A stretch of 64,000 bases of DNA from the IMG/VR virus record IMGVR_UViG_3300033066_002255. One strand, 5' to 3'. The notes beneath the pieces are model-generated. The model was not told where the DNA came from, ran no database searches, and worked only from the letters and a program-made list of their open reading frames with translations. Made by a program: the position numbers and the translations under genes. The DNA comes from a virus. Lineage: Duplodnaviria; Caudoviricetes. This document shows positions 11,104 to 22,026 of the stretch, piece by piece. The stretch's first letter is position 1. Every line of letters starts with the position of its first letter.

Positions 11104-11979
11104 ATGGCAGTAGGAATTTACGGAAACAAAAAACTTGCAGACATAGACTTTAATGATGTAGATATATTCTACGCATACTCTCCTAATAGAGAAAGTCTTG
11201 GAGATACTCAATTTGTTCCTCTTTTTAATTCAATCACAAACAATGAATTTAGGAAGATGCTTGGAGCAGATGGTGGATATAAATTAAGATTACCTGCTTC
11301 TACTTTTAATAAACTTGGATTTTATCTTGTTTTAATAAAACCAAAAACCTTCGAAACTACGATAGCAGATTGTTCTTATGTTGTCACAAACACAGACCAA
11401 GAGCTTCAAATATCAAAAAAAGGTATTGTAATACCAAAATTACAATTTCAAAGCACAGGTTCTCTTATAGGTTATCAAATGGAATATTTTGATGATAATG
11501 GTGTGAAAATAAAAAACTTTCATAGAATAATTACAAGTTCAGACGCTGTAAGCTTAAGTTCTAATAGCAACTCATCAAATCCTAGTGCGACATCTTATTT
11601 TCTTGATAATAATGGAACTCAATTGTTCTTAACACTTACTCCAGATGAAGTTAGTTTAATAACAAGCGAACAAAAACCAGACCTTGGAAAAGGAGGACAA
11701 AAAGTGTTAGTTTCTAATACTTTTTTTGACCCAATTATGATGGAAGTAGAAATGGTTGACCAAAACATAAAAACATTAAGTTATGGTATTTTTGGAAATG
11801 CTGTTAGAGATTTTTCAAATGGTGTTTTCTCTATTTTTGATGAGAATAATAATCTATATAAACAATACAACCTTCTTACAAGAAAATCTCAATTTAATCA
11901 AGCAAATCTTGATGTTAAAGAGGAAAGGTCAAGTATAAATCTTAATCAAAACTTCTTTAATGTATCTCAAGGACTATAA
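11104..11979 (+). CDS. Virion structural protein, function unknown
   Basis: 291-aa ORF with late motif at 11082, in the structural module. Confidence 0.6.
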   Translation: MAVGIYGNKKLADIDFNDVDIFYAYSPNRESLGDTQFVPLFNSITNNEFRKMLGADGGYKLRLPASTFNKLGFYLVLIKPKTFETTIADCSYVVTNTDQELQISKKGIVIPKLQFQSTGSLIGYQMEYFDDNGVKIKNFHRIITSSDAVSLSSNSNSSNPSATSYFLDNNGTQLFLTLTPDEVSLITSEQKPDLGKGGQKVLVSNTFFDPIMMEVEMVDQNIKTLSYGIFGNAVRDFSNGVFSIFDENNNLYKQYNLLTRKSQFNQANLDVKEERSSINLNQNFFNVSQGL

Positions 11980-12840
11980 TTAAATTATACACCAACTTGA
12001 TGAAGTTCCGCCTGTATTTTGCATTAATCTATTTAATGGTGTTCCACTAAAAAATATTCTTCCTATTACAGGAGATGGTAAAGTAGTTTGAGGATTTAAA
12101 TCTTGAAACTTGTCAATATAAGTAGTAGACATATGTGTTTTATATCCTGTTGTTGCAGTATAAGCTGACATTCCAATTACTACAGCGCCAACAGCTGCCG
12201 AAGAAGTCATTGTATTATGTCCTCCTAAAATAATTGACATATCGCCATTTGCTATATTATTATTTCCATTAATTACAGCAGAATAAATTCCAGTAGAAGT
12301 ATTTGTTTTTCCTCCTAAAACACTAGAATACTTCCCAGAAGTTTTATTGTTGCTACCCCCTAAAACTGTTGAGTAATTTGTTGTAGCAGTGTTACTAATT
12401 CCACCTCCAACAAAAGAAAAAGTTCCATATGCTAAATTATATTTGCCTCCTCCAACAATTGAATAGCTCCCATAAGATGTATTTTGATTGCCTCCAACTA
12501 TAGAAGAAAAACTGCCTTTTGATTGATTTTGAGAACCTCCCCCAACAAACGAAGCATAGTTAGAAGTGCTATTACTAAGACCTCCTACAACTAATGAATA
12601 AACTCCTCCTGCAGAATTATTTCTTCCTCCAACAAATGAAAAATTTCCACTAGCGACATTACTACTATCATTATTTACCTTAATGGAATTTGAACCAGTT
12701 GAACTTGAGAAAAGTGAACTAGGATTATAAAAAGTATTTGCTGATAATATATTAAATATAGCAGTTCCACTAAAGGCATCATTTAATGCAATTCTTCCTT
12801 GGTCAAAAGTATATGATGTTAATATTAATTCTCCGTTCAT
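11980..12840 (-). CDS. Tail fibre/adhesin-like protein with ~14-aa S-x-V-x-GG-x-x-N repeats (beta-roll, YadA-head-like)
   Basis: About 10 repeats such as FSFVGGRNN, YSLVVGGLSN, FSSIVGGNQN, YSSVLGGKTN. Confidence 0.7.
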   Translation of the reverse strand: MNGELILTSYTFDQGRIALNDAFSGTAIFNILSANTFYNPSSLFSSSTGSNSIKVNNDSSNVASGNFSFVGGRNNSAGGVYSLVVGGLSNSTSNYASFVGGGSQNQSKGSFSSIVGGNQNTSYGSYSIVGGGKYNLAYGTFSFVGGGISNTATTNYSTVLGGSNNKTSGKYSSVLGGKTNTSTGIYSAVINGNNNIANGDMSIILGGHNTMTSSAAVGAVVIGMSAYTATTGYKTHMSTTYIDKFQDLNPQTTLPSPVIGRIFFSGTPLNRLMQNTGGTSSSWCII

Positions 12841-12872
12841 GTTTTTGTTTATATATAAATATTAAGTAAAAT

Positions 12873-14507
12873 TTATACGTAATAATTTTCTCCTGCTAAT
12901 TTTGCCCAAGTATCAAAATTATTACTCCATAACAATTTAATTTTGAAATTTTGACTAGTATTTCCTGTGATACTTATTACTCTTATATCTTGTTCGTAAC
13001 CTCTATAATTTGTAGTCATAGTATACGAACCACTTGAAAGACCAGAAAAAGAATAAAATCCAGTAGTATCTGTAGTTGCCACAACAAAACTATTATTAGG
13101 ATATGTTAATTGTATTGTAGCTCCTGTCACTATACTTCCACTAACTACACCACTTAAAGTAAAAGTATCTATAGGAGACTCATAGTCTAAAGAAGGAGGT
13201 GTTTCAAAGCCAGAAATACCTGGCTCAAAAGGACTATCTGTCTCAGTTCTAACATAAACTCTAATTGGTTCAGGTTGAGTAGTAGCAGAATAATAATCAG
13301 TAAATGTTATAACATTTCTTCTAACATTAAAAATATCTACAATTTCTTTTGAATTACCTATTCTATAAATAAAAGGGCTATTAGATTTAACAGGAACTTG
13401 AAATGTGTAAATGGCTTTATCGCTTTCAAATTCTGAATTAGGAGTTTTAATTCTACTTCTTGAAATTTTTGTGTTTTTATCTGTTTTTTCAATAGGATAG
13501 TTAAAAGTAGATATTCCTGTAAATCCACTATCATTTACATTATAATTTATTTGCAACAAGAAAGTATCTGCATTGTCACCATTCGACCATCTAAATTCAG
13601 GTGTAAATGTAGTTAAAGAACCAGTCATTATTGGATATTCTAAAACTGGCTTATCTGGAACAATAAAATAACTAAAAAAATTACCAGAAACTGTTATTCC
13701 AGAAAATAAACCTTTTTCAATTGTATAAGGAATACTATTGGTAGATATTAATTGTATATTAGAATTAAAATTACTAGCTTGACTATTAACACTTGAAACA
13801 AAGTCTATAAAATTATTTTCAACATCAACATTTGTAACTATTTTAGTACTTATAAAATATTGAGCTTTATCTATAAATAATTCTGTTTTAAATCTACTTT
13901 CTTGCTTTATATATTGGTCTAAATATAAATCATATATATTTCCAGTAATAGCACTTGTACTCGCTGTAATTATCAGTAAAGGTTTATTTAAAAACCCTTG
14001 AATAGTTTCTTTATCTTTATCTGTAAGTGCCTCTCCAAAAAATTTTTCAGGTTGAATAATTGTATTATTTCCTTTTATTGTTCTGGCTCCATTTTTATAA
14101 TCTTTAGTAATATCACTTCCTCCAGGCAAAGTAGAAGTGGAAGGTCTATCGTTTTTAGAATTAAAAATTTGTTGACTACTTTCTATTTGATTATCTCCAT
14201 AAAGTTTAAAAGTTTCATAATCTATTCTATAAATTTCATGTATAAAATAAGAATCTCCTGATAAACTTTCTGTGTTTGCAGTAATAATAAAACGAATAGG
14301 AGGTCTTACAAGATTTGTAAAAATTGCATATGGGTCTTGAGAAAAATAATTTAATGTTCCACCATAAGTAGTAAACTTAGGTTTCATAATGCTAAAAAAA
14401 GGAACAGTTACAGAAGTATTATTAACAAAAATATTGTTATAGAAGACTTGAGAAACATTATTTTTTGTTCCTGAAGTTATAAATCTTCTTTCTCTATTGA
14501 TTCCCAT
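12873..14507 (-). CDS. Structural protein with C-terminal carboxypeptidase-regulatory-like (Ig-like) domain
   Basis: LSGVVSG..VTGATIQL...TTDTTGFYSFSGLSSGSYTMT..YRGY. Confidence 0.6.
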   Translation of the reverse strand: MGINRERRFITSGTKNNVSQVFYNNIFVNNTSVTVPFFSIMKPKFTTYGGTLNYFSQDPYAIFTNLVRPPIRFIITANTESLSGDSYFIHEIYRIDYETFKLYGDNQIESSQQIFNSKNDRPSTSTLPGGSDITKDYKNGARTIKGNNTIIQPEKFFGEALTDKDKETIQGFLNKPLLIITASTSAITGNIYDLYLDQYIKQESRFKTELFIDKAQYFISTKIVTNVDVENNFIDFVSSVNSQASNFNSNIQLISTNSIPYTIEKGLFSGITVSGNFFSYFIVPDKPVLEYPIMTGSLTTFTPEFRWSNGDNADTFLLQINYNVNDSGFTGISTFNYPIEKTDKNTKISRSRIKTPNSEFESDKAIYTFQVPVKSNSPFIYRIGNSKEIVDIFNVRRNVITFTDYYSATTQPEPIRVYVRTETDSPFEPGISGFETPPSLDYESPIDTFTLSGVVSGSIVTGATIQLTYPNNSFVVATTDTTGFYSFSGLSSGSYTMTTNYRGYEQDIRVISITGNTSQNFKIKLLWSNNFDTWAKLAGENYYV

Positions 14508-14521
14508 TTTTTATTTTTTTA

Positions 14522-16909
14522 TTAAGGTTGAATAATTGTAATTTGTGTAGTTGCATTTATTGTAGTACTAACTTGGAATCCATTTAAAGTAGTGTGATAA
14601 CCATTTCCAACAGTCATTGTTATACCAAAGCCTCCTAAACTAACATTGTTATTATTATTTAAAGTAGCTACAATTACGGCTGGATTAAGATTCCCAGACA
14701 TATATTCATTTGCATTTGCACTAATTACAAATGAAGAAAGTTCACTTGAATAATTAGGCAAATTAACTTTAAATTCGGAGCCATCATTAATACCTTCTTT
14801 ATATACAAATTTTTGTCTATTGAATGTTGTGTTTCTAAGAGTTCTTGCTTGCGAAGAAATAACTGTAGTAGCTGGCAATAATTGATATGCATAATCCGTA
14901 AAGCTTCTACCTATTACATCTAAAAAGCCTTGAAGTTTTAGGAAAGTCAATCTACTTGAGACAGGCTGTGTTGAATAATAATAATTTAAATATGCTTTTT
15001 TTAACTCAGGATAAGTAGAAACAGTATTTGATTTACCAACAGTTTTTCTATTTCTTGGATTAATAGAATGATTATAAACATAGTCTAACCATTGTGATAA
15101 AGTCATACCTGTTATATTTGCTGGATTAACATTATCGCAATCTATAGTATATTCTAAAGGAATTGTATTGCCACTATCAGGTATACCACAAGTTCCAGTT
15201 AATTGATAAAAACTAAAAACGTCACATTCAATAGCCGCTGCTGGATTAATAGAAATATTTAATTCTTTAGAATTAACAACATTTTGAGAACCAAATACGG
15301 TAGCATCTGCAATAACAGATTTAGTATTATCAATCGCTCTTATAGGTTGAAATTCTGGAATCCATTGGTTTATAAAATTCTGCCCATTACCTCTATCTAA
15401 ACCTCCCTCTTGAAAGGCGTAATTACTTGCTCTAAAATCAATATATCCATTTTCATTAACTTTAATTGAACTTGTTAAAGCGGAGTTTGAAGTACTTGTG
15501 CCAACTTGTGAAATTTTATAAACAAATTCATCAAACTCAATTAAACAATCTGGAGCTCCTAATAATTTAAATAAAAAAACTAAAGCATCTCTTGTACCTT
15601 TCTTTTTATATAGCCAATTAATATTAATTAAAATCCTTCTCCATATTTCCATATTAAATTGAGAGAAAGATGTACCATTTCCATCTGCATCACCTGCAAG
15701 ATATTCAAATAAATCTACTTCATTAAAAGAGTCTGATAGCTTCCAACCAAGTAATTTACTTAGTTTATTCATAAACTTTTTAGGTACACTATTTTCGCCA
15801 TTATATTCAAGACTATGAGCAAACGCAATGCCATCTATAAAATTTTTTATTTGGTCAAATTCATGTCCATAAGCCTGTACAGTTTTTCTATATACTGCTC
15901 CTTCAGAGTCCATTTCAAGAAAGTTTTCTGGAATCATAGTTTTAAGCATTATATTAGTCTTGGAGTCATCTATATCACTCGCAGCCTTTAGTAGACTTTC
16001 TTTGTAAGTATCAAAAGATGAACCATAACTATCAGGTGCAAATCCATCTATTGTTCTTGGCCAAGTAAATGTTTGTTCTGATTCTGAATCATCTGTTTCT
16101 ATATTAGGCACTATAAACTTACCTCCATATAATATATTATATTCTAATCTACTAATATTTAATTTATATTCAGCCATTCTTTCTTTTGTAGGTCTGATAT
16201 ATATTGGTAAATTAGTAGTAGAACCTGAAACATCTCCTAAAATATTATCAACAGTAAATTCTAAATAAGAATCCACTCCAGCACTAAATGAATAAGAAAT
16301 AATATTTACATTTTGTCCTGTAACACCAGATGCTGGATTGTTTACTTGAATAGAAAAACCAGTAAAATTATCTACGAGATTTAAAACTCCAGATATTGTA
16401 GAACCTGAATTAAATATGATATTTCCTTGATTAATCAGAGTAGCATATGGTATTCTAAACGTTGCAGTCTTTTGTCCTGTGATATTGTTTACTGAATCAG
16501 TATAATTGTATAAAGTATAAGCTGAATTACCTGTAACTGAAAGTATTGCATAAGGAAAATTACCTATTATATTGTTTATAGAATTTGCTACCTCTGTATA
16601 AAAAGACCCAAAATAAGAATAAGAATGAGGGTCGCTTAAAGGAGAGGTTAATTCATTATAATTAACTGAATAAGATTGAGGAGGTGTAAATTTACTACTA
16701 CCCAAACTTTCCAATGTAGAAAAAGAGTCAAAATTAAGATTTTGAGGAGTTCCAGTTAAGGAATCTGGTGTTGTATCACGGTAAATTTTAAAATCACCAA
16801 ATGTAAATATAGAATCAGAGTTTGTATTAAACAATCTCTTATCTTCCCCTGGTCTAACAAAAAGAGAGAGGGTATTTGCTGAATTTACTGAAGGTATATT
16901 ATTTGACAC
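14522..16909 (-). CDS. Baseplate wedge protein, gp7/P2 tail protein I-like (GTG start)
   Basis: VPKKFMNKLSKLLGW...EIWRRILININWLYKKKGTRDALVFLFKLLG. Confidence 0.7.
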   Translation of the reverse strand: MSNNIPSVNSANTLSLFVRPGEDKRLFNTNSDSIFTFGDFKIYRDTTPDSLTGTPQNLNFDSFSTLESLGSSKFTPPQSYSVNYNELTSPLSDPHSYSYFGSFYTEVANSINNIIGNFPYAILSVTGNSAYTLYNYTDSVNNITGQKTATFRIPYATLINQGNIIFNSGSTISGVLNLVDNFTGFSIQVNNPASGVTGQNVNIISYSFSAGVDSYLEFTVDNILGDVSGSTTNLPIYIRPTKERMAEYKLNISRLEYNILYGGKFIVPNIETDDSESEQTFTWPRTIDGFAPDSYGSSFDTYKESLLKAASDIDDSKTNIMLKTMIPENFLEMDSEGAVYRKTVQAYGHEFDQIKNFIDGIAFAHSLEYNGENSVPKKFMNKLSKLLGWKLSDSFNEVDLFEYLAGDADGNGTSFSQFNMEIWRRILININWLYKKKGTRDALVFLFKLLGAPDCLIEFDEFVYKISQVGTSTSNSALTSSIKVNENGYIDFRASNYAFQEGGLDRGNGQNFINQWIPEFQPIRAIDNTKSVIADATVFGSQNVVNSKELNISINPAAAIECDVFSFYQLTGTCGIPDSGNTIPLEYTIDCDNVNPANITGMTLSQWLDYVYNHSINPRNRKTVGKSNTVSTYPELKKAYLNYYYSTQPVSSRLTFLKLQGFLDVIGRSFTDYAYQLLPATTVISSQARTLRNTTFNRQKFVYKEGINDGSEFKVNLPNYSSELSSFVISANANEYMSGNLNPAVIVATLNNNNNVSLGGFGITMTVGNGYHTTLNGFQVSTTINATTQITIIQP

Positions 16910-17044
16910 TTTAAATATTTTTTATAAATATTATCAAAAAAGAATTCAAGTATAAACATTTTTCTATAATTTAACTTTAAAACTATTTACTATCTTGTGT
17001 TTTTTAATTAATTTTTATCTCATATTTATTAGAAAAATAAAATT

Positions 17045-19090
17045 ATGAGTTACCTACCACAGGAGCCGCAAACATTTATTAACATAAAACTTACTGACGA
17101 AGGAAGAAGATTACTGTCTTTAGGGCAATTAACTTTTTCTAAGGCTGTTTTGTCTGATAGAGAGATAAATTATGGAATAGATAGAATACACGGTTATAAT
17201 ATTTCTTGTTCAAATAGAGTCTTATCACCAAAGGATTCTCAACCTATTTTACCATCTGTAAATTTTGATGGTACGCCAGCTGAGCCTTTTCAAAGTATTG
17301 GTTCTGCAAGACAATTTGTAACAGCTTCAACTGAATCAACAGGATTCTTTACTGGCTCTTCAACTACAGGTTGGACAATAGACATAACTCAATCTCTTGG
17401 CTATTCTAAAATTTCATATTCAGCATCAACTCCAAGTGGTGGTACAACTATCAAAATGACAGGAGGAACTTATTTCCCAGCAGCAGGAGATTTAATGTTT
17501 GTATCGTGGAATCCTATTCAAAATAGTGGTTATACATATTCTACAGGTCATACAGTTCCTCAATACAATCCAACATTAGTTGCATGGTATCGTGTTATTA
17601 GTAGTGACTCAGCTACTACTTCTGTTTCATTGGATAGAAATCTTCCAAATTTTGGAGCTACAATATCTACTTCTTCACAAGCTGTAAATGCATATTTTTA
17701 CCCTTTTGATGGTATACAAAATTATTATGGGTCTGCTTCTACAGTGGAAACGAAAGTTTGGAATATGAATATAGTAAGAACCAGTTCAGTTGTGGGAACT
17801 GATAGTTCATTAAGTGGTTATACAAGTTATGGGTCTTTAGAATTTAATGGAACAAAACAATATCTTGGGTTTTCAGCAGAAACAAGAGAGTTTGGAATTA
17901 TTCATTATACAAATTTATATTCTGGAAATACTTATGCAGAACAATTAGTAGAAAGTACTGTTGTTTTAGATTTACCTTATATTATGTGGCATGGAACTGC
18001 TTCAAATGCTGGACAGGCTATGAATTGGGGCTTACAGCTTACAGATTATGCTGGGCCAACAATTTATGATGCTGCAGCTGGAACAACCTATAGACAACTT
18101 AGAGATGGAAATGCATTAACTAATAATGTTGTTGGTCGTGTTTATCATAAATTAAAAATTATTATAATTACAGATTCTGAATTATTAAATGCTTTAACGT
18201 ATAAAGCTAATAGAAATTTCACAGTTCCTCCTTTACAATTAACAAGTAGTATTTCTCCTAAATATCCACTTACAAGTTCGGATGCTACAGGTATGTTACA
18301 AACTGGTTATTCATATTTTGTAACATATATAGCCTCAAGCGACTTAGCCTATACATCTGGTCATACTTTTGGATATCCAACAATTTTAAATTGTAGTTAT
18401 ATTTCTAAAATTGATGGAGTAAATGATATTAATAATAATCCTCAATATTTACAAGCTAATTTTGCAATGAATGGATTTCCTTTCATGAGAAATAGCGTAA
18501 ATATGAGTTCTTCAACATATTCTGGTACAGGTTGGAATGCTAATAGTATTCAATTACTTGTAAATAAAGTTGATAGTACTCTTTATCCAAATATGAAAAT
18601 AGACCAACTTCCTCCAGATGGATGGAGATTGATTTCTAATTCTTCACTTGGAGGCAATGGAGTGTTTAGCGGAGGTTCTACAACAATAGACCCAGTAAAT
18701 TTATTAACAAACACATTTATTGTATCTCAAGAAGATTATAATTCAGGAACTACATTTGATTTAACAGGTAAATATTCAGCTTTTACAATTAATACAAATA
18801 TCACTTCAAATGGTTTAACATTTGGAGATGAATCTTTCTTCTTTGGAAATATAAAAGCTAATATTTTATCTACAGTATTTAAAACAGTTTTAACGGTATT
18901 GGTGCCTGATACAAAATTAAATTCTTCGCTTAATAATTCTTTTAATGGATTGTTAGATTCGAATACGTATATTACAGAGGTTGGTATTTTAGATAATAAT
19001 AATACTTTAGTAGGTGTAGGAAAGCCTACATATCCAATACCAAAAAATTCAAGTAGATACATAGCTTTTCAATTAGAAATTGATTTTTAA
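17045..19090 (+). CDS. Baseplate/tail-fibre attachment protein
   Basis: N-terminal IKLTDEGRRLL and C-terminal YITEVGILDNNNTLVGVGKPTYPIPK, typical of tail-fibre/baseplate anchoring domains. Confidence 0.65.
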   Translation: MSYLPQEPQTFINIKLTDEGRRLLSLGQLTFSKAVLSDREINYGIDRIHGYNISCSNRVLSPKDSQPILPSVNFDGTPAEPFQSIGSARQFVTASTESTGFFTGSSTTGWTIDITQSLGYSKISYSASTPSGGTTIKMTGGTYFPAAGDLMFVSWNPIQNSGYTYSTGHTVPQYNPTLVAWYRVISSDSATTSVSLDRNLPNFGATISTSSQAVNAYFYPFDGIQNYYGSASTVETKVWNMNIVRTSSVVGTDSSLSGYTSYGSLEFNGTKQYLGFSAETREFGIIHYTNLYSGNTYAEQLVESTVVLDLPYIMWHGTASNAGQAMNWGLQLTDYAGPTIYDAAAGTTYRQLRDGNALTNNVVGRVYHKLKIIIITDSELLNALTYKANRNFTVPPLQLTSSISPKYPLTSSDATGMLQTGYSYFVTYIASSDLAYTSGHTFGYPTILNCSYISKIDGVNDINNNPQYLQANFAMNGFPFMRNSVNMSSSTYSGTGWNANSIQLLVNKVDSTLYPNMKIDQLPPDGWRLISNSSLGGNGVFSGGSTTIDPVNLLTNTFIVSQEDYNSGTTFDLTGKYSAFTINTNITSNGLTFGDESFFFGNIKANILSTVFKTVLTVLVPDTKLNSSLNNSFNGLLDSNTYITEVGILDNNNTLVGVGKPTYPIPKNSSRYIAFQLEIDF

Positions 19091-19127
19091 AAAAAATAAA
19101 TTATAATATTTATAAAGAAATAAAAAA

Positions 19128-19577
19128 ATGGGTAAAATAGCATCAGCGTCAACAGTATATGCAGTAGCATATTTAACAGAAAAAGGAAGGACGTATCTTT
19201 TTAATAAAAATAATGTTCGCTTTGATAGCAACGGAAATGACTTGTTTGAAATTAAAACTTTCACACTAAGTGACCCTGATTCAAACTATCAGACATCTCA
19301 AAGATTAGAATCTGGAGATGTTCCTGATATTACAGGTAAATCAGACAATTCTCTTAAAACTACTGCAGATTATGTTCAAACATCTTTATTATACTACACA
19401 GTAGATTCTAATGCTTTAGCAAACCCTCTTTATAGTACAAGTTTAACAAACAATATAGACACTGTTAATACTGATACTAGTTTTCCAACAAATCAAGCAA
19501 GTGACGTACCTCCTACATCAGCCCCTGGTGGAACACTTGGTCCTTCTTCAGGATTATCTGCTACACCAATTGTTTAA
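19128..19577 (+). CDS. Baseplate-associated protein
   Basis: AYLTEKGRTYL...FTLSDPDSNY parallels the N-terminus of 17045..19090. Confidence 0.55.
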   Translation: MGKIASASTVYAVAYLTEKGRTYLFNKNNVRFDSNGNDLFEIKTFTLSDPDSNYQTSQRLESGDVPDITGKSDNSLKTTADYVQTSLLYYTVDSNALANPLYSTSLTNNIDTVNTDTSFPTNQASDVPPTSAPGGTLGPSSGLSATPIV

Positions 19578-19596
19578 TCATAAATAAAATAAAAAA

Positions 19597-20157
19597 ATGC
19601 CAAGCTTTTTAAATCCAAATACATCACCAGCACAAATAACTTTCAAGAGAACAGTTACGTTGTCTACTGTTGACCAAAATAACAATAATGCTGCAGTGAG
19701 TGAAAATTTTACAATATCTGGACCTGTTTCTCAAGGTGTTACTCCTATTTTAATTGCAGGAGGAACAAAGGCTGTAATTCCTTTGTCTACAACAACAGGA
19801 AATGGAGCTCCTTATCTTAAAATACATTTTCCAACTGCTTCTAATGGTAATAAATTATATATAACTTATGCTGTAGCTAATCAATATATGGCCGATGGTT
19901 ATTATGATTATAAGACAGGAGTTCCTTCAACATACATGACAGCCCTTAGAAATTGGATTAATACTAATCCATCTACTGGCAATGTTTATGGTAATTCTTT
20001 ACCAGTAATAAGAACAAGAAGTTTAAAATTTACTGCAGTAGGAAACTCTACAAACAAACCAGCAAATGCTGTTACTTTTTACGTGAAATTCCAAGGACAA
20101 TTTGGAGGAACAGTTGTATTAAATGCAGGACCAGCAACAGCAATTACTTTAGGATAA
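19597..20157 (+). CDS. Structural protein, unknown
   Basis: T/N/G-rich 186-aa ORF in the tail operon. Confidence 0.55.
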   Translation: MPSFLNPNTSPAQITFKRTVTLSTVDQNNNNAAVSENFTISGPVSQGVTPILIAGGTKAVIPLSTTTGNGAPYLKIHFPTASNGNKLYITYAVANQYMADGYYDYKTGVPSTYMTALRNWINTNPSTGNVYGNSLPVIRTRSLKFTAVGNSTNKPANAVTFYVKFQGQFGGTVVLNAGPATAITLG

Positions 20158-20180
20158 TATTTAAATAAAAAAAACAAATA

Positions 20181-21281
20181 ATGGCAAGTTCATTTTATAA
20201 ACCAGTAACAAGTACCATATCAACAAGACAAGAAAGTTCTACTTTTGAGAATGTAAATGGTAGCGGCTTGTCTTATACATTATGCGACAGAACAGTCGGA
20301 ACTGATAAGACAACTAATTATTTCATGTCTTTTAATCTTCCTATTAACTATGCGGCACTTTCAAGTGGTTCTACATTAGCTTTAGAAAATCCAGAAATTC
20401 TTCAAATCAATGTAGATAAAGTTGTTATTGTTCCTATTCCAAGAGAGAGTTATAGTGAATTAATAGATGGACGTAGTATTACATTTACTGTACCTCAAAT
20501 ATCAGGCACATCAGTTAGTGCTAAAACTATAGTTTCAAGTACTTATTCTACATTACAAAAAAAGGATAGTGATATTTTTCTTGGAAATAATATAGCATTT
20601 TTATTTTCTGATGATATTAATAAACCATATTCTGGAAAAACAAATGGAGGCTCTACATCTCACAGTGCTAATACAACTTGGAACACTACTTCCTTTACTG
20701 ATAGACCAGCAGCTGTACCATATTCTGATTTAATTGCAGGTAATGATATAAATACAGACCAAAGACCTTTCTCTTCTGTAAGTTTTGCAACTCCTGTTAG
20801 TTCGACTTATCCTACAAATACAAATCAAGGTTATAATTATGATATTCCAGTTGGATATATATCTTTAGATAAAGGATTTATGATTATTACACACCCTCAA
20901 ATTGTAAATAATATTCCTTGGAGTAAAGGTCATAACTTATTTAGTAACACTGCAAATTCAAGCTCTGCTACAACAAATATTTATTTTACTTCTACAACTA
21001 CTTCAGATTTAACATTTTTAGATTTAGCAATTAATTATAAAACTTCAGTAGTTTGTCTTGGTTTACCAGGAGAATTTTACTTTACAAATAATCCAAGTTG
21101 GGATTTAAATAAAAATGCTCAAGAATTTAATAATGGTACAAATAATTTTGATTCTGTTTGGGTAACAGAAGTAGGCCTATACAATAGAATAGGAGAAATT
21201 GTTGCTGTAGCAAAACTTAGTGAACCTGTTGAAAAAAACTTTACGAACTTACTCACATTCAATCTTGATATTGATGTTTAA
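20181..21281 (+). CDS. Baseplate/tail-associated protein
   Basis: C-terminal WVTEVGLYNRIGEIVAVAKLSEPVEK parallels the C-terminus of 17045..19090. Confidence 0.6.
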   Translation: MASSFYKPVTSTISTRQESSTFENVNGSGLSYTLCDRTVGTDKTTNYFMSFNLPINYAALSSGSTLALENPEILQINVDKVVIVPIPRESYSELIDGRSITFTVPQISGTSVSAKTIVSSTYSTLQKKDSDIFLGNNIAFLFSDDINKPYSGKTNGGSTSHSANTTWNTTSFTDRPAAVPYSDLIAGNDINTDQRPFSSVSFATPVSSTYPTNTNQGYNYDIPVGYISLDKGFMIITHPQIVNNIPWSKGHNLFSNTANSSSATTNIYFTSTTTSDLTFLDLAINYKTSVVCLGLPGEFYFTNNPSWDLNKNAQEFNNGTNNFDSVWVTEVGLYNRIGEIVAVAKLSEPVEKNFTNLLTFNLDIDV

Positions 21282-21286
21282 AAAAG

Positions 21287-21312
21287 AAAGCCTTGAATAT
21301 TCAAGGCTTTTT
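21287..21312 (+). terminator. Intrinsic terminator closing the tail operon
   Basis: AAAGCCTTGAA-TA-TTCAAGGCTTT palindrome followed by a T run. Confidence 0.85.
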
Positions 21313-21367
21313 TAGTTAGTATTTATAATACTTCTTTGAATCATTATATTTATAAAAAAATATAATT

Positions 21368-21988
21368 ATGATTTTAGGATTAGACATTTCAACATCTTGT
21401 ATTGGTTATTCATTGTTTGATGAAAATGGGAAATTAATTGAACTGAATTGTGTAAAATTCAGAGATAAATTGACTACTTTTGAAAAATTAGAAGAATTTA
21501 AAAAGGCGACTGCTTATTTAAAAAAATTTCCAATTACATTTATCGCAATAGAAGAACCATTGAAAAAATTTATGGGTAAATTTTCTTCTGCAACTACAAT
21601 AGCTTTGTTAAATTTTTTCAATGGTATGATTAGCGCTTATTTATACCTTGAATTTGGTATTGAACCGATGTATTTTAATGTGAATACAGCAAGAAAATTA
21701 GTTTTTCCAACCCCTGTAAAATCAAAAACAATAACTACAGAAAACAAAGATTTAGATTCTTCAATATCTAGCGAAGAAACTGAAGAAATTGAGGATAAGG
21801 ACGAAAAAAAGTCAATTAAACACGTTATTTGGAATAAAGTAATGCAGTTAGAGCCTCAAATAAATTGGAGATATGGTCCTAAATCAAGAAAATTATTGGA
21901 TGAAAATTTTGATATGGCTGATAGTTATGTCATTGGCTTAGCAATGCTTATTACCTTAGATAAGCAAAAAGCTTCATTTTCAATATAA
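21368..21988 (+). CDS. RuvC-like Holliday junction resolvase
   Basis: ILGLDISTSCIGY, IAIEEP and DMADSYVI acidic motifs. Confidence 0.85.
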   Translation: MILGLDISTSCIGYSLFDENGKLIELNCVKFRDKLTTFEKLEEFKKATAYLKKFPITFIAIEEPLKKFMGKFSSATTIALLNFFNGMISAYLYLEFGIEPMYFNVNTARKLVFPTPVKSKTITTENKDLDSSISSEETEEIEDKDEKKSIKHVIWNKVMQLEPQINWRYGPKSRKLLDENFDMADSYVIGLAMLITLDKQKASFSI

Positions 21989-22026
21989 ATTATTTTTTTT
22001 GATTTTTTTTACGTATATTTGCCTTT

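Noticed and set aside
11980-12840. Diversity-generating retroelement target in the fibre gene
   Set aside because: Repeats are protein-level only; no template repeat or reverse transcriptase in the window.
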